Assembly (NCBI RefSeq): GCF_006345805.1
Contig: NC_043001.1
Location: 47,368,001 to 47,432,000, forward strand
Length of the DNA stretch: 64,000 bases
Direction: 5' to 3'
From: Octopus sinensis
Lineage: Eukaryota
Shown: piece after piece, positions 13,612-25,987 of the stretch
How positions within the stretch are numbered: position 1 is the first letter of the stretch
Layout: every line of letters starts with the position of its first letter
Program-made: the position numbers and the translations under genes
The notes under the pieces: generated by a model
The model's input: the letters and a program-made list of their open reading frames with translations, nothing else
Databases searched by the model: none
Told to the model about the DNA's origin: nothing

Positions 13612-15734
13612 AGTGCAGATCTAATATAAAGAGACACTCTAGCCGTGACTATCCGTCTCTCTGTGACTGCATTGTCCAATGTATCCTCTTTAAAAAAAAA
13701 ATCCAAAGTTTATTTCTTATACTCTTTGATAGTTCACCATTATTATAAAACATTCTGCAATCATTCCCCGCTTAATCTACCTCATCTCAATTAAATTGAT
13801 ATTCATAACCAAGGCCTTCTCTACCCACTGAGATGCACCAAACTATATCCATGCCCGTCGGAGGATTTGAGACCTGAAAACTGTAAAGTTAACGAAACAT
13901 TCGTTATTATTCAGTACTTCTTTCGTCTGTCCCTCTGTCAGTCTCTGTCTGTCTATCTGTCTCTCTCTCCCAGTTTACAGCTACATGAAATGAGGCATTT
14001 AACGTTTAAACGTTTTGGTCAATGTACGACCAGTGTTGAGAAACCAACTACCACCTTTTCGGTTCATAGGCTAACATCTTATCGACTTTGCCAGTTGTGG
14101 CAAGCTTAATATTATATTCTATATCAAAACAATAAAAATATTGTATATATTGGTTTATAAAAGAAATCCATCAAACTCCACAACATAAAATATTCCTGGA
14201 CACTATATTAGAAACTATATTCTAATAGTGTTAAGTGTACCGATTCTAATATTCCGATACTGTAGGGTGTACCGATCAAGAAACATCATCGTCTCTTCTT
14301 TTATGGTTGATTAAGTACTACAGTAAACGAAAATATTCCACTAATCTATTATCATAAGTTTAACCTAAAAAGGTTTATTATTATTATTACTTTAATTTTT
14401 ACATACATGCATAGCTAGACATATATGGAAATGAATGTCAAAGTTCTTGACGTTTGGCTTTTTGAAGATCATATTTAGAAAGAGAAACTAAGCCTAGCAT
14501 TTGGTTTCCCGACTATATCGCTATTAAGATATTTCTTTAAAGGAAATATTTTCAATCAACTCATATTCTTGCTAAACATCATAAAATCTGTTTTTTTGAG
14601 GATAAAAGCACACTCGTCCCCTTCAGCCACGTTAGTAAAAGTAAAGACAACTGCGAATTTACATAACACGCAAATGATTATTATGTATACAAAGCTGTAA
14701 ACACCCATGCCTACAAACAGACCTACAAACAGATATCGAACTACGCAAAAGCTGATAAAGGTGTTTATGGTTCTGTTAAATGGAACATCACCTGGGGATA
14801 GTTGGTGGCCCAAAACAAGTTTGAGGTTTATGAATATCTCTTCAATGATAAGCCCTCATATACATTAAATCACATAGTTTCACATATTATATCACATATG
14901 CATTACATCACAAGCGTTTCAAAGTTTTAACTTAACACCTGTACCATAAAACAAAAATGTGTACATTGAATCAGTATATCGAAAGTCTGCTATAAATGTT
15001 ATATCTTGATTGAAATTTTGAAGGAAAATATTAATTTATTCTTCTAGTTGATCAGTCATTGGACTACAGCTACATCGGGGCACCACCTTAAACTTAGTTA
15101 AAGACAATCTCTGACGATCTATTACGGTGCCCCAAAGACTAAACTTCCTTTTCAAGACCAGACAATACTTCAAATCTGATCAGTTTCTGTCCATCTGCAA
15201 AGCTCAAGAAAAGACTCACGTTGAAGCACTGTTCACACAGTTGAAACAGTGCTATTGTTACACACACTATATTCTAGACCAGATAAATACAGAATTTCAG
15301 TTGATTGTCAAAGTTTCCTTTGTCGCTATAACCAGATACAACATTTTCGAATCACTATTTTAACAGTGTTTGCTTTCCTGAACTGCCAAGCTACATAACT
15401 CCTTCACGCATATTTATCTAACAACAGTTTTCTTTTCTTCTCGTCACCTACTATGTTTCTCCACCGTAGTTCAACATGAAATATATCAACAAATCCTTTT
15501 TTTCTCAGAAATACACTCCCGGATCTCATCTCATCTCGTTTACTTTTTTCTTGCAGACAACGCTCTTGAAAAATTATCTAATGTACTATATATGTCGATG
15601 ATTACAGGTTATTAAGGATCTATAAAACAACCGACCTTTGCAATCAGGTGTCTCTATTATTCTGAGAAGTTGTTCTAATTACAACTGGTTTGCAAGGAAA
15701 CACACTGATCTTACTTGGTATCAACTCCATCAAA

Positions 15735-15994
15735 ATGTCGCAGGCACAACGGCAACGAATGAAATATGAAGCTAGGTTCAAACTGAAAGTTGTACAATAA
15801 GTCAAAAAAATACAACAGCACCGCTGACAGGCAGTTTATGACCAACGAAAAGCAAGTCATTTTCTTCTGATTAAAAATACATTTTAAAAGATGTTCAAAA
15901 ACAATTCATACATGACTCGCAAATAAACTGAGATAACTTTTTCAAGTTTAAAATCTGGGACCAAATTTTCGGCTTATATGCCGGCATGTAATAG
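15735..15994 (+). mobile_element. pogo-type non-autonomous remnant (Brinker-DBD-like N-terminus)
   Basis: MSQAQRQRMKYEARFKLKVVQ*VKKN..ADRQFMTNEKQV matches the Y.A.FKL.VV..A....N..A.R.F...EK.V pattern. It ends in CGGCTTATATGCCGG, typical of pogo TIRs. Confidence 0.55.
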
Positions 15995-16022
15995 ACTTTG
16001 GCACTTTGTGCTAATTCAACAG

Positions 16023-16087
16023 CGATGAGTGGAGAATCCCATAATCTACTGAGATGGTGTAACCAGATCACTGAAGATTATCTTGAG
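16023..16087 (+). CDS. Candidate exon encoding the first helix of a calponin-homology domain: MSGESHNLLRWCNQITEDYLE
   Basis: Acceptor CTAATTCAACAG| and donor GAG|GTATGT. LLRWCNQITEDY fits the LLxWC-x3-T-x2-Y motif of the CH domains of MICAL, EHBP1, smoothelin and actinin. The following CH exon (SWxxG) was not found. Confidence 0.5.
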
Positions 16088-17907
16088 GTATGTACCGCAG
16101 GCAAAGAAATCTGGTGGAACCCGTATATAGCCCCATTATACCTATATGAGGATTTGAACTTAATCTTGCTAGCTGACGAACCATTTGTCAGTTTTAATAC
16201 GTTGCCTCCATTTGAAGTGTTAAGTTGTTCATAATAATCTGTTGCACCTCTTGAATGAATTAAGTATTTCCATTCTAGACAAAACGCAATGCTGATAAAG
16301 GATACGGACAGGATGCTAGAAAACAACCACTCGGCTTGTTTTTTAGTATTCTGTCCACACAGCTGGAATCTCAATTTAATAGTTATGTGCAATAGTTAGG
16401 TTGAGTTAAAATCCAAACTAAATAATTAAGCCTGATATTTTACAAGTGAACCATCACTGTGCATAACTTGCATAATTTCATATCTTAGACAGACTTAGGT
16501 GTGCCAATATATGTGTACGTTTTGCTAATCGTGTAATAAGGTGTACTAATGAACGCCTGTTCACCAGATTAGCTTAATTACCGATACGACAGCATACAAG
16601 ATACGAACGATAAGCTATTTTCCACATGCTCTCATAAATTAACTTATCTGCAGTATGTATACGTAATATCATATTGAAATAAACAGGTTGTGAATTAGTA
16701 AATCAGTAGAGCATTGGATGAAATGTCTTCCGGTATTTAATTACATCCTTTTACATTCTGAACCCAATCACACAGTGGTTGACTTTACTAGTCATCCATC
16801 TAGAGTTGATGAAATAATCACTAGCAACGTACTGGGACCGAATTAATTGACTAAACTACTCATCTACCGTGTGTGGCTTTGTTTCTTCTGTTGGAGTTGT
16901 ATTTACCTCTCAGTTCTCCAGTGATCAATGCATTAACTAATAGTGATGTATCAGTTGGTTTTTATAGATTCCAATCCCCTCTGTGAAGACACTTATGCCA
17001 AGTGAAAAGAAGTCTATGATTACACCAGCATAGCGGTGAGGTTTTAGTAAAAGCAGCACACCATCGGTATAAATGTATTATTTTAGTTTCATTCCTCTTA
17101 GTCCTGAATTCAGATCTCATCCAGAATGACCTTAGAAAAAAATAAACCTAGAGCCAAATTTAGAGAACTCAGCATTACACCTATGTTAGTTATTTCTAAC
17201 ATCTAAGTTTGCAAAGAGAAAAGAAAAATTAACTATTATATTTAGCACAAGTGACACGGCGAAATGTCCGCAGCAGCTTTCACTGCACCACTTGGAGATC
17301 AATACTGTACCTTCTCAGCCAATTTGTCTCAACTCTTCAGAAATTTTGCCTTCAGCAGCTAACAACGAGATGGCTTTGCAAATACAATCACTATAATGGA
17401 TTGATTGGAACTGAATACACACTAAGATGGGAATATGGTTATGGGTGATATTAAAGCGAACTGACGTAAGCAATTAAGATTAAAATGGTTCTTCAGGCTG
17501 TCAATACTAAAACAATGATGGTTACTGCTTATAGGAAAATGAAAGAAACGTCCTAATAACCTTTTAAAGGTTTTATGGTGAATGACAATCTTCCTCAATA
17601 GACGTATCAAATTTCTAATTGACTGCTAGGCATATATTATTATGATACATTTGTTAGTGAGCGCTATTGGCTGATTCGTATCCTGAAATTGGCACCACCT
17701 GTGTCCTTGGCCAAGATATTTAGCTTTTCCCAGTCGAGTTTATTTATGGTAGAAACCGTTAATGGCTGATTCTTATCCAGAAATCGGCACCACCTTTGTT
17801 CTTGCTCAAGATACAGTCGGGTCATTATGTGTTTTACATATGTAACTGCAAGGCGGTGTAGCTTTACCATAGTGAAGCCCTCAAGGGAGCCTCTACACGA
17901 TCTATCG

Positions 17908-18087
17908 ACCTGCAAGGAATAGCATTCAAATCTTTATCAAATTGCACGCTACCGCCTTAAAAAGAAACTACACTTGGATAATGTATGTATGACTAAGACG
18001 GAACACTTATTCATACGGCTTATTAACACGACTGGAACACCTTTGATCATATATCTGATCGGTCAGAGTTATAAATAACAACCACAG
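17908..18087 (+). repeat. Interspersed repeat family B (unclassified, (AAC)n tail), degenerate
   Basis: Shares GAAATAGCAGCCAAATCT..GGATAATGT..TTTGATCATA..GATC with copies at 18736, 22783(-), 24190, 26240, 47231 and 55915(-). Confidence 0.6.
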
Positions 18088-18735
18088 CATTGTTGAACTG
18101 ATGAGTTAAAATTCTTCTCATTAATTAGCAACAGTTCTAATTAAACTGTCTTATCCGCTTAACGCTACGAAGATAAGCACTACCTGAGTTGATTCTTATG
18201 ATTCACAGAAAGGAAAAGGACCTAGAAACATTACATGTATGAACTGATTTGTACATTAAATCTATAACTTTTATCTTATCTAGAAATTAACAAACTAATT
18301 AACCGGGGTAAAAAAAACTGTCTTTAGCTATGGAAAAATCTTTGATATTTATGAGCAAAATTCACTGAGATCCGTGAAGATAATAAAAGTTGATTTTTTA
18401 AAAATAAATTCTTCAAATTTTCCAAATATTTATATTTTATTAACGTTGAAAAGACGTAGGCGAGAATGCCAGACTAAATGTCTTATAGTTTTAGTTTAAT
18501 TTCTCCTCTCTCTCTCTCTCTCTGCCTCTGTCTCAATGTTTCTCCTACTGTTATTACGATGGTCCTTGATCTGTTCAACAGACAAGTTGTCTTCAACCTT
18601 TGGCTAATCCTCTCCGATACATTAGTCTCTCCACCTCTTCTCTTCTGATCATCCGTACTTAGTCTCTCTCTCCCTCAATCCTCAGCGACTCTGGAACTTA
18701 CTTTTATCTTTTTATGCACGTTACATGTCATCCTT

Positions 18736-18941
18736 CTACCTGCTAGATAGAAATAACAGCTAAATCTCCCTCAAATCACACTATATTGTCTTGAAAAGGA
18801 AAAACGCATAACATATGTAACTTAGACACATCAAGATTTTTCTCTTTAAAGAAAAAATATAGGATAATCATAAATTTATAGCTGGCACTCCTTTTATAAT
18901 AGGTATTCTAGATCAGGGCTGATTTGAGGCAAAACAACAAC
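18736..18941 (+). repeat. Family B copy
   Basis: GAAATAACAGCTAAATCTCCCTCAAATCACAC...GATCAGGGCTGATTTGAGGCAAAACAACAAC. Confidence 0.7.
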
Positions 18942-19285
18942 CGCAAAAAACATCAATGTGAAGGATTCGAGTCATCAGATAAAAACACCTCGTCAAAAAA
19001 ATTATGTGATTTTACTGTTACATACTATTGTAGTTACAAATGGCTTCTACGAAGGCGACAACGCCTTATATATCTAATAATCTACATAGAATAATTAGCT
19101 TATATGTCTGTTCGCTATCACATAGAGATAATGACTGAGTTTAACAGTAACAGAAGTAAAATGAATGTTAGTAAAAGGATGAAGTGCTAATCCTGTTCTG
19201 ATATTTTACTTTCCTTTTAGCTTATATAAAGTATATTACGCGGTGTAGAATATGTTATTTTTCAAATGGAAGAATAGAAATCCGG

Positions 19286-19480
19286 TCATTCATTTTCTCC
19301 CCCTAATATTCCGAGGAGAGTTATAGGGCACCTCCTCCAAAGGGTCTTATCAGAAGCTGCCATTCTTACACTTTCTGACAGGATTCCCAAGTGTAACCAA
19401 CTGAGACTATGGATAATGTCCAACAATCTTAGTCTTGGTTTACTCATCAGTCTTCTGCTAGTTGACACGGCTTGAAAAAT
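19286..19480 (-). mobile_element. RTE-clade LINE C-terminal remnant
   Basis: SKPRLRLLDIIHSL..VRMAASDKTLWRR resembles the RTE GRP..RWLD.I..A.DR..WR motif. Confidence 0.5.
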
Positions 19481-19958
19481 CTGTCTTGCCATAATTTATT
19501 TTCTGAGCTAAAATCTCGCGTAGCTCGACTTTGAATCTATGATAGAAATATCACCCAAGAATAAGTACAAAAGAAAATATTAGGCTATTTATTATAAACA
19601 ATAATATCTAAAATGCTCTGTGAATTTTGATAATCCTTATATTTTCATGTTTTTAAGTGATTTTGTAGGTTTTTTTTATTTATTTAACTAAAAATGAACC
19701 ACTTATTCCGATAAAAATAATCTTCTTTTCAACTTAGTTACCTAATTAGATGTTTGTTTTTGATTTATTGATATTTCAATAACTGTACTTACGCTGATAT
19801 ACGCAGTCCGCATTGAAATTATAGTATTGCTCATTGACAGTAGATTTCACGTTGCTGTTAATCTGAAGTTATTAGCAGTGAAATACGAAGTGGTAGATCA
19901 AGGCCGGCTTGAATCTGATCTGTCGAAGTTATCAAATACCAAGCTCTTACTATAGAAT

Positions 19959-20117
19959 CGCAGGCATGACTGTGAGGTAAGAAGTTTGCATTCCGACAAC
20001 ATGGTTCGGTGTTCAGTCTCCCTGCGTGGCACTTTGGGCAAGTGTCTTCTACTATAGCCTCGTGCCGACCAAAGCCTTGTGAGTAGATTTGGTAAACGGA
20101 AACTGAAAGAAGCCTGT

Positions 20118-20189
<72 letters not shown>

Positions 20190-20650
20190 TATGTATATAT
20201 CATTATGTTAAACCGTTAATCCCTACACATTTTTTCTCTTTCTCTCTCTCTCTCCGTTTTTTGTTCTCTCTCCATTTTCCCTCCTCTCATCCCTTTCCGT
20301 CGAAGAATATAGGGTCGAAATGTCGAAGACTTTTCCGGTCTTCCTAAGCATCAAACTAATGCACCTGCTTGCTGTTCCATCACCTGTCTTCGTCTTTTGT
20401 TTTCTGTAAATTTGAACTTTATGTATGTGTGTGTGTGTGTGTATGTGATCCCACTGCTTGACAACCGGTATTGGTGTGTTTATGCCCTGTAACATAACGA
20501 TTCAGCAAAAAAGAGCGATAGAATAAGTACCAGGGTTTTTTTTAAAAAAAAAACAAGTACTGGGGTCGATTCATCCGACTAAAAGTTTTCCGAAGTGGTG
20601 CCCCATCATGGCCTCAGTTTAATGATTGAAACAAGTAAAAGATGAAAGAT
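19959..20650 (+). mobile_element. SINE family A, full bipartite copy with a nested Penelope-like fragment (~20230-20420) in its internal microsatellite
   Basis: Head 19959-20120, then (AT)n, a foreign insert, (GT)n and the 3' part 20448-20650. Confidence 0.8.
20293..20328 (+). ncRNA. Hammerhead-like motif, subfamily 1 (decayed helix II)
   Basis: CTTT-CCGTCGA-A-GAAT-ATAG-GGTC-GAAAT-GTC-GAAG. Confidence 0.4.
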
Positions 20651-20770
20651 AAAATCAAACGCATCATCTTGATACCTACACAGATTCTAACAAATTACAT
20701 ACACAGCGATATAGTACATTCGACATTTAGCTATGAGTGTGAATGTGTATGTCTGTGGGGAGAGAGAGAG

Positions 20771-20820
<50 letters not shown>

Positions 20821-21430
20821 ACAGAGAGGAAGGCGGGGAGGGGATACAAAAGAGAAAAGAATGTAACTTCAAAATATTCTGAAGTGGGGATGAGATGATG
20901 AAGTGATGTTGGCAATCAAGACTGGCAATATTTACTACCGAAAGTGGAATTTTTCGCTCAAATACATTCTTCGAAACGAATTTGTTCAGCAAGCAACAAT
21001 GCCGCTAGCCATTAGAGTTATCGCAGACAAATTTCCATCTATCTATCACCAGTGCAGTTGCCATGCAAAAACTTTCAAATTGCGATCATCCGAAATTTCT
21101 ATTTCTGGCCTTTACAATTTACCTCTCCTCGTAAATAGCTCAGTATTATACTTTGAACACTGCTGCTTTTCGCCTGCTATTTATTAGATGTTTTACGTTG
21201 ATCGCTTACTTTTTGATCTACAAGAAGTTCATAAATTTACCTTTAAAATTAGAAAAACTCAGAAAAAAAAAATGAAAAGAAAGGATACCGCACCAGAGTT
21301 TATTGGAAAACTTAGGCAAACAAATAAAATTTTGTTAAAAACATCGGAACAACTCCAAGCGGGCTCCATTGGCTGTACGAATCACATTCTAGACGAGACA
21401 TTTAACTATCTCACCATTTATATCGTTTTT

Positions 21431-21620
21431 TAAAGCGGTGAGTAGATTCAATTGCATGCCTGACAAAATTCCGAGCAACAGTTCTTTTATCATTACATTC
21501 TGAGTTCAAATGCTGCCAAGGTCAATTCTGCCTTTCATCCTTTCGAAATCGATAACATAAGTCGATGTATTCGACTTACTCCTCCACTAAAAGTCACTGG
21601 CCTTGTATCAAAATTTAAAA
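21431..21620 (+). mobile_element. SINE family N, degenerate
   Basis: TTCTGAGTTCAAATGCTGCCAAGGTCAATTCTGCCTTTCATCCTTTTCGAAATCGATA core. Confidence 0.7.
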
Positions 21621-21674
21621 GTATTACCTATTTTATTCTTTATTTATTTCACCGCATTTATTTAAGGACACATG

Positions 21675-21835
21675 CATGACCGTGTGGTAGAGAATTTCGC
21701 TTCAAAATCACGTGGCTCGCACCCTATCATACTGCACGGCACTTAAGAAAAATGTATTTTCATCATAGCCTTGGATCGACCCAAGCCTTGTGAAAAAGAT
21801 TCAGTGGACGGGAACTGTGTAAAAAGCTCGTCAAA
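21675..21835 (+). mobile_element. SINE family A head, degenerate
   Basis: GACCGTGTGGTAGAGAA...ATAGCCTTGGATCGACCCAAGCCTTGTGA. Confidence 0.6.
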
Positions 21836-22324
21836 TAAACTGCGTCCGTAACTTGATGGTAACTGTAATCCGTCGACTGGTTTACTATCACGAGTGCGTT
21901 TAGCGGAGTTCACTATACTATAGTCACTCGGATCAGATCTCTGGACCATTGATAACCTCCTTTCACTTGTTTCGGAGAATCTAGAAACGGTCATGGGCAC
22001 TGCTCTTCTTTTTCTGACCAACACATTTAAAATGCGAAACTAAAAAGAACATAAAAGTAGTCATTCAGCTCAAATATGTTCGCCTATAAGTTACATATGA
22101 AATATTAATTTCATTGTTATTTTTTCTTCTTTTAATATCTCTACCTAGCTCACTGAATTAGCGAGTTAGTGGCTGAAGATTCCAAAGATACGTTAATTTA
22201 ATACTTCATGCGCTTCTCAGTGTGACAAGACAGGATCTTTGAATTACAGATGCAGTCTATCTGATGGGCTTCTAAACATTTCCTGTCTGTCCCGTTTTAC
22301 TCACAAAGTATGAGTGAAACCGAG

Positions 22325-22492
22325 AAGGAGGAGAGGAGGAGGAGGAGAAGAAGAAGAAGAAGAAGAAGAAGAAGAAGAAGAAGAAGAAGAAGAAGAAGAA
22401 GACAAAGAAGAAGAAGACAAAGAAGAAGAAGAAAAAGAAGAAGAAAAAGAAAAAGAAGAAGAAGAAGAAGAAGAAGAAGAAGAAGAAGAAAG
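22325..22492. repeat. (GAG)n/(GAA)n trinucleotide tract
   Basis: Directly visible; source of the poly-R/E/S/L pseudo-ORFs. Confidence 0.97.
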
Positions 22493-22678
22493 CGTTTGGT
22501 CAAGGTGCCATGCATTGGGATGGAACCCGGGATGTTGCGTGTGGGAAAAGAAATTTTTAACCATTCTGATTCTATAACTTCATCTGTTATAGAACACAAA
22601 TAATGATAGAGCCTGACCAACCCAGATGTTTTACAATATGTAATTTGATATAACACGAAATTTTACATCATACAATCT

Positions 22679-22744
22679 TTTTTATAGGTATTAGGTCCAG
22701 TGTAAAGCAACTTTGCTTAACACTGGACCTAATAACCATAAAAA
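22679..22744. other. 66 bp hairpin (32 nt arms, 2 nt loop)
   Basis: TTTTTATAGGTATTAGGTCCAGTGTAAAGCAA-CT-TTGCTTAACACTGGACCTAATAACCATAAAAA; 29 of 32 positions are complementary. Confidence 0.9.
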
Positions 22745-23054
22745 ATGTAATAAATATGACTAATATAAATGCAAGCAGTTCATGCTGTTGCTTAGAACTA
22801 AGTCAACGCCGATCGAGCAGAACTATGACACAAAGCGTTCCAATAATGGTCATCCCGTCTTGTATACTTAAGATTACCGACTCTGCGGAGGATGTAAAAC
22901 TCTGTTGCCTTCCTTTTCCCACCTCCTCTCATCGAGACTTTGAAGAAGGACTATGTTCAAAATGTTGGATGCCCACCCGACTGACACGGCATCTCAGTGT
23001 ACGTGTTCTATTGGTTTTTCTATGTAAGCATATGTGTATGCATGCATATAATTA

Positions 23055-23262
23055 AGTATGTATGTATGTATGTATGTATGTATGTATGTATGTATGTATG
23101 TATGTATGTATGTATGTGTGCGTGCGTGTGTGTGTGATAAATAAGTAGATGGATAAATATAGATATATAATAATGAAACTGTATAAAATATATCAATAAT
23201 ATATTTTACATAGTACAACCAATATCATAGTACAACCACTATGAGTAGCGTGGATAGATATT

Positions 23263-23336
<74 letters not shown>

Positions 23337-23377
23337 AATATATATATATATACACATACATACATACATACATATAT

Positions 23378-23414
<37 letters not shown>

Positions 23415-23481
23415 CATACATATATATATACGTACATACATATATATATATACATACATATATATATATATGTATATATAC

Positions 23482-23518
<37 letters not shown>

Positions 23519-23600
23519 CATACATACATACATACGTACGTATGTACATGCACACATACGTACATTTATACATACAAGCATACATACATACTAACATACG
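23055..23600. repeat. Compound (TATG)n/(AT)n/(ATAC)n microsatellite field
   Basis: Directly visible. Confidence 0.95.
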
Positions 23601-24189
23601 TACATACACACACGTTTTTGAGAATCTAGATACGTATAATGTTATGTGATTAGATAAACAAAACATATCTTATAAATATGTATTTACAGAGTCACCCATA
23701 CATAAATTCACAGACACTCACTCATACACACACACACAGACACACGCACATCTAAACACAGGACTAAGTGATTCATGCTTTATGATTTGGTCCTTCGTGT
23801 TTACCATGGGATCATAACAAATATAGACAGACGTTCTACATAGAGTAAACAATACAAAGTACGACATAACGTACGAATAGTCTCTTTTTTTTTTACCTCT
23901 CATTCGCCACCCCATTCTTGTTTCCTTTGCCTCACTCACTCACAAAGTTTTGTAGCTTCCAAATAGCTTTGTATGTTCTTTTTAGATTGCCATTTAAATA
24001 ACATACAATACATTCAACTGCTGCTATGCTGACATACCAAATATTTATAGAAATACCTACTCTGCTCTCAGGTAAAATAAAAAGAAAAACAATAAATAAG
24101 TAACAACCACAAACAACAAAAATAGAATTTCAGAGAATGCACTAGAAACTTCTGTCTTACATCCCACCAGCCAGCAGCCATCTTGAGAA

Positions 24190-24425
24190 GCGCCTGTTTG
24201 TGGTCGCTCATTTTCCTTGAAATAGCAGCCAAATAACTCTCATGATGCGTTGCACCGTATTAAAAAAAAGTTGGAAGGACATTTAGGGCAATGTTGTCCT
24301 AGATACATATAAAAGAGACAGTATGGTCACGGTCGAAAGGGCTTCGACTGTAAGGCCTACGCAATCAGGGCTTATCTTTGTAAAAACACTACCACCACCA
24401 CCACCACCAACAGCAACAACAACAA
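24190..24425 (+). repeat. Family B copy with (CAC)n(CAA)n tail
   Basis: GCGCCTGTTTGTGGTCGCTCATTTTCCTTGAAATAGCAGCCAAA; the same start occurs at 26240. Confidence 0.75.
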
Positions 24426-24908
24426 GCTAACTAGCTGGTTCCCCCTCCTCCCCCAAAAAGAAACAAAAATTCTGAGATACTATGGATGGAATAGAAGAAT
24501 CGGTGGAGCACCGAATAAATACTTTTGGGTATGTACAAACGTCCTTCTTAATCTAGCCATGATCACCCTGTCAGTTTTATATATCTAAGTTAACATTGTC
24601 TAATGTGTCCTTTATTCCTTTTTCTTCTTTTTCTGCCTTTCTTTTAATACGATGCAGAATATTATGTGAATGATTCGGCTACTATTTCTACAAAATCGAG
24701 AGACCACGTAAAGGCCCTCTATCGATGATTGGTAGCTTGTTGAATGATTGATGTTCCCTTCAATGTCGATAAAATAAGTATCAAGTAGTATACAAAACGC
24801 AGAATGGATCGACTAAATACCATAGTCAGTGGATTTATGGCCTTGAATTACTGTAAGCCTATCTTTTTCCCACTCCTTTCCTAGTTTATATATAATTTTG
24901 TTTCTTTT

Positions 24909-25292
24909 GCGTACGCATGTAGTTAAGAAAATTGCTTCCCAACCACGTGGCCTTGGGTTCAGTCCCACCACACAACACCTTGGGCAAGTGTCTTCTACCA
25001 TAGTCTCGGGTTGACCAATTCTAATACCTTATGAGTGAAACTGGTTGATGGAAGGTGTGGAATCTCATTGTGTGTATGTGTTCGTTTGTTTATTTGTTTC
25101 CTTACCACTGCTTCTCAATCGGTGTAGGTTTATTTACAACCCATAACTTAGCGGTTCGGTAAAATAATTTTGATATAAGTACCAAACATTAAAAAAACAA
25201 AACAAGTATTTTGGTCGATTTGTTAGATTAAAATCTTTCAAGGCGGTGCCCAAGCATGGCTGCAGTCCAATGATTGAAACAAGAGAAAGATA
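24909..25292 (+). mobile_element. SINE family A, full copy
   Basis: Head GGGTTCAGTCCCAC..CCTTGGGCAAGTGTCTTCTAC and 3' part AGGCGGTGCCCAAGCATGGCTGCAGTCCAATGATTGAAACAAG. Confidence 0.85.
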
Positions 25293-25480
25293 TTAAAGAA
25301 TATTTTTCTATGCGTTTTTTATTTTTATTGTATGAATGACTGGGCTCCAATGATTGTGATAAAGAACATATAACTATTATAACTTTTTATTATTATTTAT
25401 GGGGTAGTAGATTTCCACCGAGGTCAACTTTGCCTTTCATCATTTTAGCATCAATAAAATAAATATCAGTTGAATATTGA

Positions 25481-25758
25481 AGTCGACCCAGCACTTATGT
25501 TTTAAAACCTGGTATTTATTCCATCGGCTTGTTTTGCCGAACTGCTATGTTACGTAAAAAAAAAACAATAGCAGTTGTCAAGTGGTTGTAGGGAACAAAC
25601 ACAACGCAAACACAAACACACACACACGCACACGACAGGCTTCTTTCAGTTTCTGTCAGCTAAATCCACTCACAAGGTTTTGGTCACCCTGGAACTATAG
25701 TGGTAGACACTTGCTTAAAGTGCTGTGCAGTGGACTGAACCGGAGACCCATGGTTTGG
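25481..25758 (-). mobile_element. SINE family A, inverted relative to 24909
   Basis: Plus strand CTTCTTTCAGTTTCTGTCAGCTAAATCCACTCACAAGG..GGACTGAACC. Confidence 0.8.
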
Positions 25759-25805
25759 ATATTAAATAATTTTTTAAAAAGAATTTAGTTATTATCATTA
25801 TTATA

Positions 25806-25987
25806 GAAAGCGGCAGTTGGCAAAATCGTTACCACGCCGAACAAAATGCTTAGCGTCATTTCTTCCGGCTTCACATTCTAAGTTCAAATTTCGCTGAGGT
25901 CGACTACGTCTTTTAGCCTGTGCGTGTCGATAAAATAACCTTTTGTGTACTGGGGTCGATGTAACCGACTGCACCCCTTCCCCAAAC
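25806..25987 (+). mobile_element. SINE family N monomer
   Basis: AAAGCGGCAGTTGGCAAAATCGTTA..GTTCAAATTTCGCTGAGGTCGAC..ACTGGGGTCGATGTAACCGAC. Confidence 0.8.

Noticed and set aside
17664-17915. Cadherin-like words LDWEK and ILAKDTGG in a minus-strand ORF
   Set aside because: The spacing is wrong for a cadherin repeat, and the region is explained by a 95 bp-period DNA repeat plus a family B edge.
21743-22024. Protein-like ORF (RRLSMVQRSD...)
   Set aside because: It runs into a SINE head, with no convincing donor site or family motif.
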